The notes beneath the pieces were generated by a model, which worked only from the letters and a program-made list of their open reading frames with translations, was not told the DNA's origin and searched no databases. Below are positions 1 to 9,801 of a DNA stretch of 64,000 nt, piece after piece. The DNA comes from a virus (taxonomy: Duplodnaviria > Caudoviricetes), in the IMG/VR virus record IMGVR_UViG_3300032233_002657, positions 1 through 64,000 of that record; one strand, 5' to 3'. The stretch's first letter is position 1. Each line of letters begins with the position of its first letter. A program made the translations under genes and the position numbers.

Positions 1-2
1 GC

Positions 3-494
3 CAGCTTACTAGTAAATGGGTAGAACTCACCTGGGCCTGCGTACCGCATATCAGTAGTGAGTACTAAATACCCTGGTACTACGGCTGCTCCATGGTATC
101 TGTAGTTAAGAGTAGCCAGGCCGGGCATATCAAAGTAAACCCTTACATTAGGCGGTGCTACAGCAGACTCTGGAAGCTGAGCAGCTGGATGAACATGGTT
201 GCCGCCGTCTACAGTACCTGAGACAGTGCCTAAGCTAGGAGGCGCGCTATCGGGTGTACTCTTGGCAAATCTCCTTAGGCTGTTGGCTATCATTTTAGAT
301 CTTTCTATTTGTTCTAGTTTCCTTAAGTCTTTACTGCCATCTTCTTTAACTTCAAACGTTTGTGCAGATTTCATAGCTGAGAGATCGATTACGAATGAGT
401 CTGTCTCATGCGGATCGACGATTATCTTAGTGGTCTTTCTGTTATGGTCTATAGTAGACCCACCTGTAACAGATGCTAATCTAGTGTCTGCCAT
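3..494 (-). CDS. hypothetical protein, truncated by window edge (MADTRLASVTGG...)
   Basis: ATG at 494 with upstream GAAAGGCG; frame stays open to the window start; read manually, not in ORF track. Confidence 0.65.
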   Translation of the reverse strand, partial: MADTRLASVTGGSTIDHNRKTTKIIVDPHETDSFVIDLSAMKSAQTFEVKEDGSKDLRKLEQIERSKMIANSLRRFAKSTPDSAPPSLGTVSGTVDGGNHVHPAAQLPESAVAPPNVRVYFDMPGLATLNYRYHGAAVVPGYLVLTTDMRYAGPGEFYPFTSKL

Positions 495-728
495 GGCTCG
501 CCTTTCGTGATTTAAATATTAAACTTACTCTTTTTACTTCTTCTGAGGATAATAAGCAACATGATATTAAAATAACAAGATTGAAGTGCCATGGAAACAC
601 TTATATATATTTTAAGTTTTAGAACTGATACGTTTTATGTGTTGTCTGCCATATACCTGGTGTGGCTGGGCATACCCTTTCTTATTGATTTAGTCATGGG
701 TGAAGATCCTTAGAAGTGTCTGATAGCT

Positions 729-773
729 AAAAAAAATACCACCAGAGCTTCCCTGTGAAGGAAGCTCTGGCGG
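729..773 (-). terminator. intrinsic terminator
   Basis: 14-bp stem CCGCCAGAGCTTCC/GGAAGCTCTGGTGG followed by a T8 tract on minus strand. Confidence 0.75.
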
Positions 774-790
774 CCTGGGGTGTAGACGCA

Positions 791-1042
791 TTAAGCGTCG
801 TACACCTCAAACACTGACTCGTACACCACTCCAGTGTCGGAGCGGCGGGACACGGCTATTAAACCGCGGCGGCGCTCTACGAGCGCCAATCGCATGGCTT
901 CCCCAGCCATGCTAAGCTCTATTTGAGGAGCCCACTGCTCTCCACTAACTTTCACGCAGGACAGTACAGTCTTCGAAGAATTAGCCATATCAAGTTTCCC
1001 TTTCGGAGAAAGAGTTCGTCGTATGCTATGTTTGGATCTCAC
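791..1042 (-). CDS. hypothetical protein
   Basis: 83-aa ORF between a repeated promoter-like motif and a terminator; start uncertain. Confidence 0.4.
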   Translation of the reverse strand: MRSKHSIRRTLSPKGKLDMANSSKTVLSCVKVSGEQWAPQIELSMAGEAMRLALVERRRGLIAVSRRSDTGVVYESVFEVYDA

Positions 1043-1076
1043 CCCAAGAATTCCATAGCTACTACTAACTCACCTT

Positions 1077-1105
1077 ATTATGACGCTATTTACCTCTGAA
1101 TTAAG
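1077..1105 (-). promoter_or_regulatory. repeated promoter-like motif CTTAATTC-N11-GCGTCATAAT, copy 1
   Basis: same two blocks with identical spacing recur at 2378-2406; CATAAT resembles a -10 box. Confidence 0.5.
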
Positions 1106-1121
1106 CGATCACCTAATAGCT

Positions 1122-1164
1122 AAAAAAAACCAATTCGCCACCTCTTTTCGAGATGACGAATTGG
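1122..1164 (-). terminator. intrinsic terminator
   Basis: stem CCAATTCGTCATCTC/GAGGTGGCGAATTGG + T8; followed by AGCTAT, as at 723-736. Confidence 0.75.
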
Positions 1165-1489
1165 CCTGGTTTATCGGGTCGCTCACTCTAGTTATTAAGC
1201 TAGTGTTCACGGGTTTCAAGCCGTTAGCCGAACACCCGACCTGGGTCTCAACGTATGAACCTCTATAGGTCTTTACGTCGGCGGACGAACCGCGCCAAAT
1301 GCACCCTCCAGTAAGGGTGCATCAGAATACCTGGGCTCATGCAGAGTTTTGTATTTACTCTGCACGGGCTTGCGGGTTGGAGCTTACACCTCCTGGGCTT
1401 ACAAGAATGCGTATCAAGGGCCGTAGCGTTGAGGCACTTCTTGTAACCCGCCCTACGTAGCCTACCGGTATGTAGCTACGATAGAACAC

Positions 1490-2119
1490 CTACACCCCAG
1501 CCGACTTACGGCGAGGTATAGCTTTTGTGAAGGCCAGCCTTGCTAAGCCGGCCTTCCTTAGTTCCTGCAAGGTTACCTGCTGGAACCATGGGGCTCCCGT
1601 GTCCCCAACCAGGCTACCTACCTCGCCTGGTTCGCCGACGTCTTCAAAGACGTCCTCTAGGGCCACGGGCCCTGGGATGAACTCCCGGGGCGCAAAGAGG
1701 CCGCCGGGGCCTCTTACCATGCTCTCTACGAATGTAGAGAGCATGGTGTCGCCATCGCCTGAGCCAGCCGCCGCCTCTAAGGCGGGCTGGTCAGCATCCG
1801 CTGGGTCGAACCCAGCGGGTACCCGCACCATAAGGCGCGGGAGCGCCAACGGCCCCGTAATAGGGAGCACCGAGGCGGAGGCGTATTCAAAGAACCTCCG
1901 CGCCGCCAGCGCGGTTTCTGGCAGCGGGCGGAGAAGCCCGCGCTCCAGAATCTGATCCCCCGCCACCTTGTTGGCCCAGCCCCCTGGCACTCGCCCCCAT
2001 ACCCCGACAATGTTGTCGGGGTACAGCACCAGAACCCCAATCTTCCCCACTGGAAACAACCTCTCCCCTGCTGGAAATGAAAGAGTCTGGGGGGAATAAG
2101 ACAGTGTTACAGTAATCAT
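1490..2119 (-). CDS. hypothetical protein, GC-rich relative to the rest of the window
   Basis: 209-aa ORF with AAGGAG RBS. Confidence 0.65.
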   Translation of the reverse strand: MITVTLSYSPQTLSFPAGERLFPVGKIGVLVLYPDNIVGVWGRVPGGWANKVAGDQILERGLLRPLPETALAARRFFEYASASVLPITGPLALPRLMVRVPAGFDPADADQPALEAAAGSGDGDTMLSTFVESMVRGPGGLFAPREFIPGPVALEDVFEDVGEPGEVGSLVGDTGAPWFQQVTLQELRKAGLARLAFTKAIPRRKSAGV

Positions 2120-2377
2120 ACGTTCATCTCCTTTAGATAAGAAACGGTATAAAACTATATGGCTTTCGCCCTGTCTTTATGGCTTTCGCCCGGTCTTTAT
2201 CGCCTTCTCTTCCTTTTCCTTCTTGGTGCGGAATAAGGAGAGGAAGAAGGAGGCGCCGTAGTCTTTGCCTGAGTACTCTCAGGCAAGAAGTAAGACAGAA
2301 CCATCAAGGCTCCAATCACTGTTAAAAATGAGCTCATAGTAAGAGCTCCTTTCTACTTCCTACGGGGGAAGCAAATG

Positions 2378-2406
2378 ATTATGACGCGATTTTAGCTCGA
2401 ATTAAG
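2378..2406 (-). promoter_or_regulatory. repeated promoter-like motif, copy 2
   Basis: matches 1077-1105. Confidence 0.5.
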
Positions 2407-2420
2407 AATTGAGATTTGAA

Positions 2421-2768
2421 CTAGCTTTTAAAGTATTCGTCGTCTTCATCAACTACATCCATGTCGTCAAACATCATTCCACTTGGGTCGGGTAATGTGT
2501 TCTTAAACTCAGCTGATAACTCAGCCTCTATCTCTCCGTTGGAATTCAACAACCTTCTAGGTGGCAAAGATATGTTCCACCTATTACCTTCATACACGAA
2601 GCAGCATGTACGCCGTCCGTGCTGAGCCCTAAGAACGTCTATAAGTTCTTCTTTAAGTTTAAACGAGTGAGCTTCAGGCGGACCGTGAGCCGGTATAATA
2701 ACAATATGATAATTATATTTATCTGGCTCTGGCGGGCCCGTATCACTTACGTTCTGGCCATTGTCCAT
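2421..2768 (-). CDS. hypothetical protein
   Basis: ORF track; operon-like packing. Confidence 0.65.
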   Translation of the reverse strand: MDNGQNVSDTGPPEPDKYNYHIVIIPAHGPPEAHSFKLKEELIDVLRAQHGRRTCCFVYEGNRWNISLPPRRLLNSNGEIEAELSAEFKNTLPDPSGMMFDDMDVVDEDDEYFKS

Positions 2769-3039
2769 TGTTACTACCTTCGTAAATAACTGTAATGGCT
2801 ACAAGCACCGACCGCTTGGTCATTTCTTTGTCTAGCCATCTACTGTCCATCCCTGGAGCCGATACAGTTACTATGGTGGCTTGGTTAGCCAATACCCATT
2901 CGTTTATAGTTTCATCCAGTGGATCGGTTATCTTTATAAGTCTCCAGTCGTCTGGAGTAGATCCGGCTGGGCGCTCGTACACCCGCTCTTCCACGAATGT
3001 TTTAGTCTTTCTATACACGTAAGTATTATCTGGGTTCAT
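2743..3039 (-). CDS. hypothetical protein
   Basis: ORF track; overlaps neighbours. Confidence 0.65.
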   Translation of the reverse strand: MNPDNTYVYRKTKTFVEERVYERPAGSTPDDWRLIKITDPLDETINEWVLANQATIVTVSAPGMDSRWLDKEMTKRSVLVAITVIYEGSNNGQWPERK

Positions 3040-3685
3040 TGTTAATAGCTTTCATTAAGTTCATAGCTTCGTAGTCAGCAGACCGTTTTACTGCCTTAGG
3101 TACAGGGTAACCTTGGTATACCCAGCTTTGCTGGGAGCCCTTCATCTTCCATAGATATGGCTCTATAGTCAAGCTCGGCTGCTTTGGATCGGGTATTTTT
3201 ACCTTGACTGCTTCACATAGAAACATGTAACCATTAGCTCTATTCAGTATGGTTATGTTACCTATAGCTCTGTATATAGTGTCCCAGTGCTCTATAGGAA
3301 CAAACGATAAAATAAAATCATGACCCCCCGTGTTATCAGGAAAGTCAAGCCCGCTAAATATGGGTCTATTGAAGACTACATAGTTAACTAATTCCGGTTT
3401 ATTCGCAAATACTTGGTACTCTTTAATTGGGTCAAAGTCTAGGCCCCCTTTAGAGAACAGCATAGTATGGTTAAAGAATACGAAGTCGTTTGAAAGGCTG
3501 CTTAAAGAATCTGACAGCTCAACTCGTTTAAGCGGGGGCAGTCTGTTAAGCTCCTGAGAGGTAGGGTTTACTATGCCTGCGTCTACTACACCTGGCTCTA
3601 CCGGTGGAGCTCCTGTTAGCTCAGCGCAGGTTACATCTTTCATGTAACTCAATACTTCATCAGGCTTTAGCCTTTTATCGCTCAT
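3026..3685 (-). CDS. hypothetical protein
   Basis: 219-aa ORF, ATGA coupling. Confidence 0.7.
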   Translation of the reverse strand: MSDKRLKPDEVLSYMKDVTCAELTGAPPVEPGVVDAGIVNPTSQELNRLPPLKRVELSDSLSSLSNDFVFFNHTMLFSKGGLDFDPIKEYQVFANKPELVNYVVFNRPIFSGLDFPDNTGGHDFILSFVPIEHWDTIYRAIGNITILNRANGYMFLCEAVKVKIPDPKQPSLTIEPYLWKMKGSQQSWVYQGYPVPKAVKRSADYEAMNLMKAINNEPR

Positions 3686-4737
3686 TTCTTATCCTTACGC
3701 AGAGATAGTATGGTCTTGCCTTTTCGCTTAGTCAGGTGAACTTTGTTCTTATCAGAGCTGCAATCGTATATAGAGCTAATCTCTTCAAACTCTTTAATCA
3801 TCTCTGGGTTTATGCCACCTACTATGTTGTCTGTATGAAAACAGATAATAGAGCATATACCTTTTGATGATGTGTGAGCTTTGCATCTCTTTAAACAGAG
3901 CAAAGCTTCTTTCATTCTACCTAACCTAGCTATGCACTTCTTACGCTTAATAGGAGCTGGGCTGAACCCATGGTTAATATCGTCAATTATGGCTAACTCC
4001 ACAGGCCTATACCTGCTCTCGTTTACTATGATGCTATTAAAGCCATCTTTGGTGCGAAGCGTATCCACCCATTTATCTGGAGTGTACCTTACATAGTGCT
4101 TGTTAAGCTTCTTGTAGTAAGTCTTAATGCTGAAGTGAAGGCAGTTAGTAAGAGCGATAGCAGCTCTATCAATGATGTAAGGTATGATTAAGTCTAGCTC
4201 TTCCCTAGTTCCAAACACGACCATCGGCTCAGAAGATAGTATAGACTCGCTAGCCGTTATATCGAACTTGTTTATTCTCTTAGACTTAGTAGATGAGAAT
4301 ATGCTTCCAGCCACAGTAGCGCCAGGTATCTCTATGGTGTTGGTGTACTTGTGATTAGGGTCTTTCTTAAACTTTACCAGACCGTCCACAAGGTATGCGG
4401 ATATCTGCATGCAAGCCTTAGGTACTAGAAAACGCTCTAAAGGAGTAGCTTCAGCCAAGTTGCTAACATCTTCCTTGAGCTTAAGTATAGCTTTGTCAGA
4501 AGCCCCTATGTCTCTTGCCTTAGCTTCTATGTCCTGTATAGCTCTAGCCCTGAGCATGTGAGAAAGCCTGAGGGCGTCCATGAAGTAGGCCTGGCTTGAT
4601 CCCTTAGAGATAGGACTTTTAAAGGTCTTGGTGTCTTTTATGTTCATTGCTTTAAACCTCTTGCTCCTTGTTATATTGTTTGATTCGTTCACGGCCCCAC
4701 TCGAAATCAGCACGATTATCGGCCTTAAGCCTTTCAT
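3682..4737 (-). CDS. hypothetical protein (true start may be the internal MNIKD)
   Basis: long ORF; N-terminus overlaps upstream gene. Confidence 0.7.
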   Translation of the reverse strand: MKGLRPIIVLISSGAVNESNNITRSKRFKAMNIKDTKTFKSPISKGSSQAYFMDALRLSHMLRARAIQDIEAKARDIGASDKAILKLKEDVSNLAEATPLERFLVPKACMQISAYLVDGLVKFKKDPNHKYTNTIEIPGATVAGSIFSSTKSKRINKFDITASESILSSEPMVVFGTREELDLIIPYIIDRAAIALTNCLHFSIKTYYKKLNKHYVRYTPDKWVDTLRTKDGFNSIIVNESRYRPVELAIIDDINHGFSPAPIKRKKCIARLGRMKEALLCLKRCKAHTSSKGICSIICFHTDNIVGGINPEMIKEFEEISSIYDCSSDKNKVHLTKRKGKTILSLRKDKK

Positions 4738-4966
4738 TAATTCTAGTTGCGGTTTTCAACGATAGAATTTTGCTAGCTAAAGTGTTTCGCAAAGCTTTCA
4801 GCTTAGCTTTAACTTCCTTCAACTCGTCTTTTAGCTTCTTCATCTCAGCCTTGCCACGGGCTGTAAGGTTCAAGCTTCGGGTATAGCATAGATTACATAA
4901 GTCTTTATATCCATACATCTTAACAACTTGCTTACCGCATTTAACGCAGGTAATGGAAGCTCTCAT
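4652..4966 (-). CDS. small Zn-ribbon/coiled-coil protein
   Basis: CVKC...CNLC followed by heptad-like helix; ATGA coupling. Confidence 0.6.
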   Translation of the reverse strand: MRASITCVKCGKQVVKMYGYKDLCNLCYTRSLNLTARGKAEMKKLKDELKEVKAKLKALRNTLASKILSLKTATRINERLKADNRADFEWGRERIKQYNKEQEV

Positions 4967-5604
4967 GCAGGCTCCTCCGCTGCTGCTTTTCCAATTTCAA
5001 GGCCCAGACCGTACTGCTCTAGCAATATAGAGCATACATATACGGCGTCCGCTATGTTATCAACTCCTGAATTCTCGTATCCGTCTACTTCAAAATCCAT
5101 TCCAAACTCTTTATTACAAGCGCTGATAATCTCTGCCTTATTAGCATTGCCTTTTCCAGTAGCCCGCTTCTTGATAGTTCCGATAGGAATGCCTGTGCTT
5201 GGAATATCTCTTGCCTCACACCAAGTAGCCATGGTGGCCTTAAGCGCTCCAAACCACTCACACGCGGTGGCGGCTCTAGCTATCACTGCACCTACGCTTT
5301 GAAACCCAGTGTTCGGAGGAGTGTATCTAACGTCTTCAAACGCAACCAAGTCAGGCTTTATAACAGATAAGAACTGCCTTAACTTTATAAATCTAATAGC
5401 GCCTGAGTCATAAGGGCCAGCGGATAGATCCAATTGACCAGCATATATTTTTGGCTTAAACATGTTGTCTTTGTGTACGAAGCAGTAGGCATAGCCGCAA
5501 GAAGTACCTAGGTCTAATCCGAGTATAGTTTTGGATTCGGCTATTCTTTCGGAGTTAACCTTAGCTTCCATAACTTCAGGAATACGTTGTATGTCTTGCT
5601 TCAT
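4963..5604 (-). CDS. ruvC: RuvC-like Holliday junction resolvase
   Basis: ILGLDLG, FEDV, IKKRATGKGNANKAEII, DNIADA motifs. Confidence 0.8.
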   Translation of the reverse strand: MKQDIQRIPEVMEAKVNSERIAESKTILGLDLGTSCGYAYCFVHKDNMFKPKIYAGQLDLSAGPYDSGAIRFIKLRQFLSVIKPDLVAFEDVRYTPPNTGFQSVGAVIARAATACEWFGALKATMATWCEARDIPSTGIPIGTIKKRATGKGNANKAEIISACNKEFGMDFEVDGYENSGVDNIADAVYVCSILLEQYGLGLEIGKAAAEEPA

Positions 5605-5870
5605 AGGTCTTCTCCTAAACTAACTGTAAATATAGGAGTAGCTTCTCCTACATATGAACCTACGATATTGTACTGAAAGTAGTCTTCAGCTTCGTCTTCT
5701 GACATGCTTTTCATTAAACACTTTATAACCTTATCTCTGTCGTATATCACTTGGTACTTATCAAAGCACTGTCCAAGGCCAATTATGCATTCCTCAAACC
5801 CATCTGCAAATAGGATATCTAATTCGTAAGCTTCGGCAAACTCTTCTATACTCTTTTTTGTTGATTTCAT
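5601..5870 (-). CDS. conserved phage hypothetical protein
   Basis: ADGFEECIIG...YNIVGSYVGEATPIF pattern recognised from phage proteins. Confidence 0.65.
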   Translation of the reverse strand: MKSTKKSIEEFAEAYELDILFADGFEECIIGLGQCFDKYQVIYDRDKVIKCLMKSMSEDEAEDYFQYNIVGSYVGEATPIFTVSLGEDL

Positions 5871-6637
5871 TAAGCTGCGGCGCCCCTTTCAGCCATTTCT
5901 CTAAATTCTTCAAAAAGGTGATGTGTAAGCCTGCAGTCGAAGTCAGCTTCATGCGCGCTGCCTTCTAAAGAGTGCTTATTAACTAAGTTGTATTTGTTGG
6001 AACAGTGTCGGTCTAAAGAGCTAAAGATTCTTCCGCCTTCATACACAAGCCTATGATTAAAAGTGTACCAGTCATCAGAGGGAGTCGGCATAATCTTGGT
6101 CTGGCTGCCTCTCTCCAACCCCATGGTATCAAAGTACATTCCGCTTGCAGTGTCTAGTTTAAAACTCTCATCTTCTCCTCTTAGCTGCTTAACGCACCTA
6201 TCCAGCATAGGCTGATCAAACCTAAGCCCGTTGTGAGCTATAAAGCTAAACTTGTTAGACCTGCAAAGCTTTACTATATCCATAAAATGAGTGAAGGCAT
6301 CATAGGCTGGTATTCCCTTTTCTTTAAGCCTAGCTACGCTATGCTTGTACATACCGGCACCTGGATTCTTTGCCTCCATGTTGTTTCTAGTGGAAGTCAT
6401 TCTATTGTCTAGCCATTGACAGAACTCATCATCTCTTGAGTGAGTCCAGTCCACCATAATGCTGGAGCACTCTACTAATTTCTTATCTATAACCAGGGCA
6501 TAGCCGAGCTGAATGACTAGGTCGTTTGACAAGTCTAATCCTGTAGACTCTACGTCAAAGACCATATAGTTTTTAGGTAACTGACCTAGTCTGGCTACAA
6601 CGTTAGCCATCCACTCGTCCGCGCCTGAATTATACAT
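5870..6637 (-). CDS. DEDDh 3'-5' exonuclease (DnaQ-like)
   Basis: FDVESTG, AHNGLRFD, FDTM, AHEADFD. Confidence 0.85.
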   Translation of the reverse strand: MYNSGADEWMANVVARLGQLPKNYMVFDVESTGLDLSNDLVIQLGYALVIDKKLVECSSIMVDWTHSRDDEFCQWLDNRMTSTRNNMEAKNPGAGMYKHSVARLKEKGIPAYDAFTHFMDIVKLCRSNKFSFIAHNGLRFDQPMLDRCVKQLRGEDESFKLDTASGMYFDTMGLERGSQTKIMPTPSDDWYTFNHRLVYEGGRIFSSLDRHCSNKYNLVNKHSLEGSAHEADFDCRLTHHLFEEFREMAERGAAA

Positions 6638-7152
6638 TAAGCTTCCTTGCCTTTCTTGAATATCGACTTTATTCTTCTTATCATCCTTGAAGTGTACGAA
6701 CTTCTTTCTTCTAAAATCTTAGTCATAGAAGTGTTTATTACTTCTACAAGCTTAGCGTCGTTTAAGGGTGATGGCTCGTCTTCCATGAGTACATCCCTTA
6801 AAGACGCATGAAAAGCCACCATCATAGTCTCACCCAAAGCTGCGTAGAGTAACATCTTGGCAGTGTCGTCGCACTTTGTAAGGCCAGATCTGTCCATAAT
6901 TGCTAAAGCGTTAGATAGCCCTTCTTCAGGCTTACTGCATAGAGCCATGTAAAGAGCCATGGCTTTTGCTGCATCCTCTATATTCTTATCAGGCACTTGA
7001 TACTTATCTATCAAAGATATAAACCATGGTAGAGCTGCCCCTTCACTTAACCTGTCCATGGCGGACTTCATTATGTTTGGCCAGCAATATGCTATATCCC
7101 TAGAAGGGTTATATCTTCGTCTGTCTGGGTGCCCTATTATGTTAGTTGCCAT
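6637..7152 (-). CDS. hypothetical protein
   Basis: ORF with GGAGGG RBS. Confidence 0.7.
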   Translation of the reverse strand: MATNIIGHPDRRRYNPSRDIAYCWPNIMKSAMDRLSEGAALPWFISLIDKYQVPDKNIEDAAKAMALYMALCSKPEEGLSNALAIMDRSGLTKCDDTAKMLLYAALGETMMVAFHASLRDVLMEDEPSPLNDAKLVEVINTSMTKILEERSSYTSRMIRRIKSIFKKGKEA

Positions 7153-7228
7153 TTGCCCTCCATAAATATAGTATCTAAAAGCGTAAGCTTACATTCGGAA
7201 ACTGATATGCACAATAGATAAGTTGGGT

Positions 7229-8149
7229 TTAGTTTCCATCTGGGGTTATTAATTTTAAATTACTAGAAATAACACAGTCTACGCATTTATCCATGTTATC
7301 TGGGTTAAACCAGCTAGGCCTTTTGCAATGCTTGCAGTCATCCTCTACATAGGTTGTAGCATGAGTTGCAGCTTCACACTCATTCAAGCCTGCAGGACAC
7401 TTATGGCAGTTAACATGCCTAGGGTAACCTCTAGGGCACTGAAAGTCTGGGTTAATGTGAATGCTTCTTAGTCTCTTTCTTAGAAGCTCTCTGTTCTTTG
7501 ACTCTATGTAGTCAGTACATAGAAAGTCAGAATAGTCTGGGCTGTCCTTTAAAGACAGATGATCAAACATGCCTAAAAAATAGAAGTTAGTTAAATTAGA
7601 CTCTTCAAAATAAGGATACTTACAGCTATCGCTAGGGTAGCTGAAGCCTATTCTAAACTTAGCATAGTTGAACATATCGGAAGACCAGAACTTCTTATAC
7701 TTAAATGAGCTAGCAGGACCGCTCATAACTTCCAGGCTCATCCAGGCTCCTCTTTGAGAGTTGCCGTCTTTAAACGTTCGTACAGCTTTTTCAACGTTAA
7801 GTATCTTTATCAAACCCCAATCTGACCTTATACGCCAGTCATTGTCGCCTACTGGCTCACCGGCTAATATGAGATCTAAGTTGCCGGCCAGCCTAGCTGC
7901 TATGGTGTCAACGTGATGGTGCAGAATGGGCTTTCGTATAAACGTAAAAAGCTGGTTTTGAACCCAATGAAAGTCTATGCATGACTTGGGAATACAAAAC
8001 GCCAAAGCAGATGTAGCGCCGCTAAGGCTATCACCACTAAGAATACTACCGCAGAAACCGTAGAGAGCATCAGTAACTCTCTTGCGATTATTGAGGATCT
8101 TTGAGACTGACACTTTAACTTTTTCATCTTTTAGCTTCCTGCTAGTCAT
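7229..8149 (-). CDS. hypothetical protein with Cys-rich C-terminus
   Basis: CHKC, CKHC, CVDC. Confidence 0.7.
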   Translation of the reverse strand: MTSRKLKDEKVKVSVSKILNNRKRVTDALYGFCGSILSGDSLSGATSALAFCIPKSCIDFHWVQNQLFTFIRKPILHHHVDTIAARLAGNLDLILAGEPVGDNDWRIRSDWGLIKILNVEKAVRTFKDGNSQRGAWMSLEVMSGPASSFKYKKFWSSDMFNYAKFRIGFSYPSDSCKYPYFEESNLTNFYFLGMFDHLSLKDSPDYSDFLCTDYIESKNRELLRKRLRSIHINPDFQCPRGYPRHVNCHKCPAGLNECEAATHATTYVEDDCKHCKRPSWFNPDNMDKCVDCVISSNLKLITPDGN

Positions 8150-8151
8150 GT

Positions 8152-8865
8152 TTACTTATCCTTTCTTTCTATAGTCACACCTATAGGCGGTTCGTCGTAG
8201 CCTCTGCGCTTTGACGCAGACTCCTTTCCTTTATCGTCAGCATTAATGGCTACTCCCTTTTTATAATTAATGAGCTTGAGACCTTGGCTTCGAATAAGCT
8301 CACCTAAAAGAACGTCGCCTCCTCTATGCTTGAGCATAGGATGAGGCCACCCGTATTTATTTATGATGGATGACTTTATAATCCACCAGCCTCCAGTTGC
8401 AAACTTAGATTGCCTGTTAGCATTGTTGCTATTGTACCAGCTGCAGTGGAGACGTCTCCACTCTTCCTGAGAACCTATTGTTGATACCACATAGGTTGCT
8501 CCTGCCATGTCAGCAGAGCTTGACTTCATAAAGGACTCTAAGTCTTTAAGCCATTGAACCGGGTCATCTTGTGTTATGTAGCTGTCGTCATCAAACCACA
8601 TAACGTAATCAGTGTCTATAGGCCCAAGCTTAAACAGCTTAGACATCATAGGGTACTTGAATATCTGCGGAGACTCGTAGCATACCTTGGCTCCAAGTGA
8701 GGCTGGAAGAAGAGTCTCCACTATTCCTTTTACGGTAGTAGAAACCTCGTTGCAGCCAGCCCTTACTTGAACGCCGTAGCTAAGAAGCTTGCTAATAGGC
8801 TTTAAGCACCTATTAGCAAGCTCTGGAAAGTCACCGTAAAGAAGACAGCATACGGTAGTGCTCAA
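8152..8865 (-). CDS. GT-A fold glycosyltransferase-like protein
   Basis: YVMWFDDDSY DxD motif, TGGWW, GGDV. Confidence 0.65.
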   Translation of the reverse strand: MSTTVCCLLYGDFPELANRCLKPISKLLSYGVQVRAGCNEVSTTVKGIVETLLPASLGAKVCYESPQIFKYPMMSKLFKLGPIDTDYVMWFDDDSYITQDDPVQWLKDLESFMKSSSADMAGATYVVSTIGSQEEWRRLHCSWYNSNNANRQSKFATGGWWIIKSSIINKYGWPHPMLKHRGGDVLLGELIRSQGLKLINYKKGVAINADDKGKESASKRRGYDEPPIGVTIERKDK

Positions 8866-8874
8866 AGTAGCTCC

Positions 8875-9783
8875 TTAGGATTTAATCTTAACTTCTATAG
8901 AAGAAGGCTTCCTTGGCTTTGAAGTCTTGGATAACCCTTCTTCCTCTTCAGCTTCGACTATCTTGCTCTTTGCCTTAGCTCTAGCTTCCATGGCCTTCTT
9001 AGTTGTAGGGCTAAAGCTATCGGTATAAACAAGTACTCGCTTCAATATAGCTGTAAGAGTTACAAGGCTGTCGTGCATGCTAGTAATGTTAACTAACAGC
9101 TCTTCAGGGTTTTCGATCTTTTCAACTACATCAGTAAAGTCAGAGACAATATCCTCTACGCTTGAGGTTACAGTCTTTTGATACCTTACAGTTGCGTCTT
9201 CTACCTTTTTAACCAAAGACTTTACATGTGATCCTCGGTTAACTGGTTTAGCTGGAGCGGCTGTGGAATACTCTTCTTTAACTACAGCAGCTAAAGCTCT
9301 AACCGACAGCTTTTCAGAGATAGCCTTGTTAATCATATCTCGCCTATAGCTATGTGGGTCCGTGCCAGTGGACTCCTTAATATGAACTACTGAAGCGTAG
9401 TGAGACCAGGTCAATAAAAACCCAGCATCCTTAGCACGTTTTACCACAGTGTTAAGATCATCTAGATCTGAGTACATAGAGCTAAAGGTAATCGTCTTGT
9501 ATACTGTAGACTTGTCTAAATCAAGGGCCTTAGATAACAGGGCGATCGACTGATCACCTTTTGGACCTCTTTGCACAGCGCTAGCCACGCAACCTCTTTC
9601 ATAGTTAAAGGTAAGCGTATCGACTCCAAGCGTCTGATATGCTTTCAACTCCTTTTCATAGATTGCTCTAAGATCAGGGTCCATACTATCAATCAGATTC
9701 TTCTTAGCCGCGTCCTCTGCGCTTTTGGCACTGGGGTTGCTAACGTTCTTAATGTCTTTTTCAATAGCGTCAATTGCACTCAT
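8875..9783 (-). CDS. hypothetical protein, possible helical DNA-binding domain
   Basis: LTWSHY...AISEKLSVRAL segment. Confidence 0.6.
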   Translation of the reverse strand: MSAIDAIEKDIKNVSNPSAKSAEDAAKKNLIDSMDPDLRAIYEKELKAYQTLGVDTLTFNYERGCVASAVQRGPKGDQSIALLSKALDLDKSTVYKTITFSSMYSDLDDLNTVVKRAKDAGFLLTWSHYASVVHIKESTGTDPHSYRRDMINKAISEKLSVRALAAVVKEEYSTAAPAKPVNRGSHVKSLVKKVEDATVRYQKTVTSSVEDIVSDFTDVVEKIENPEELLVNITSMHDSLVTLTAILKRVLVYTDSFSPTTKKAMEARAKAKSKIVEAEEEEGLSKTSKPRKPSSIEVKIKS

Positions 9784-9801
9784 GTTTTACCTCTTGTAAC
9801 T

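Noticed and set aside
199-510. Plus-strand 103-aa ORF and similar antisense ORFs throughout
   Set aside because: They lie opposite better-supported minus-strand genes and lack an RBS or recognisable motifs
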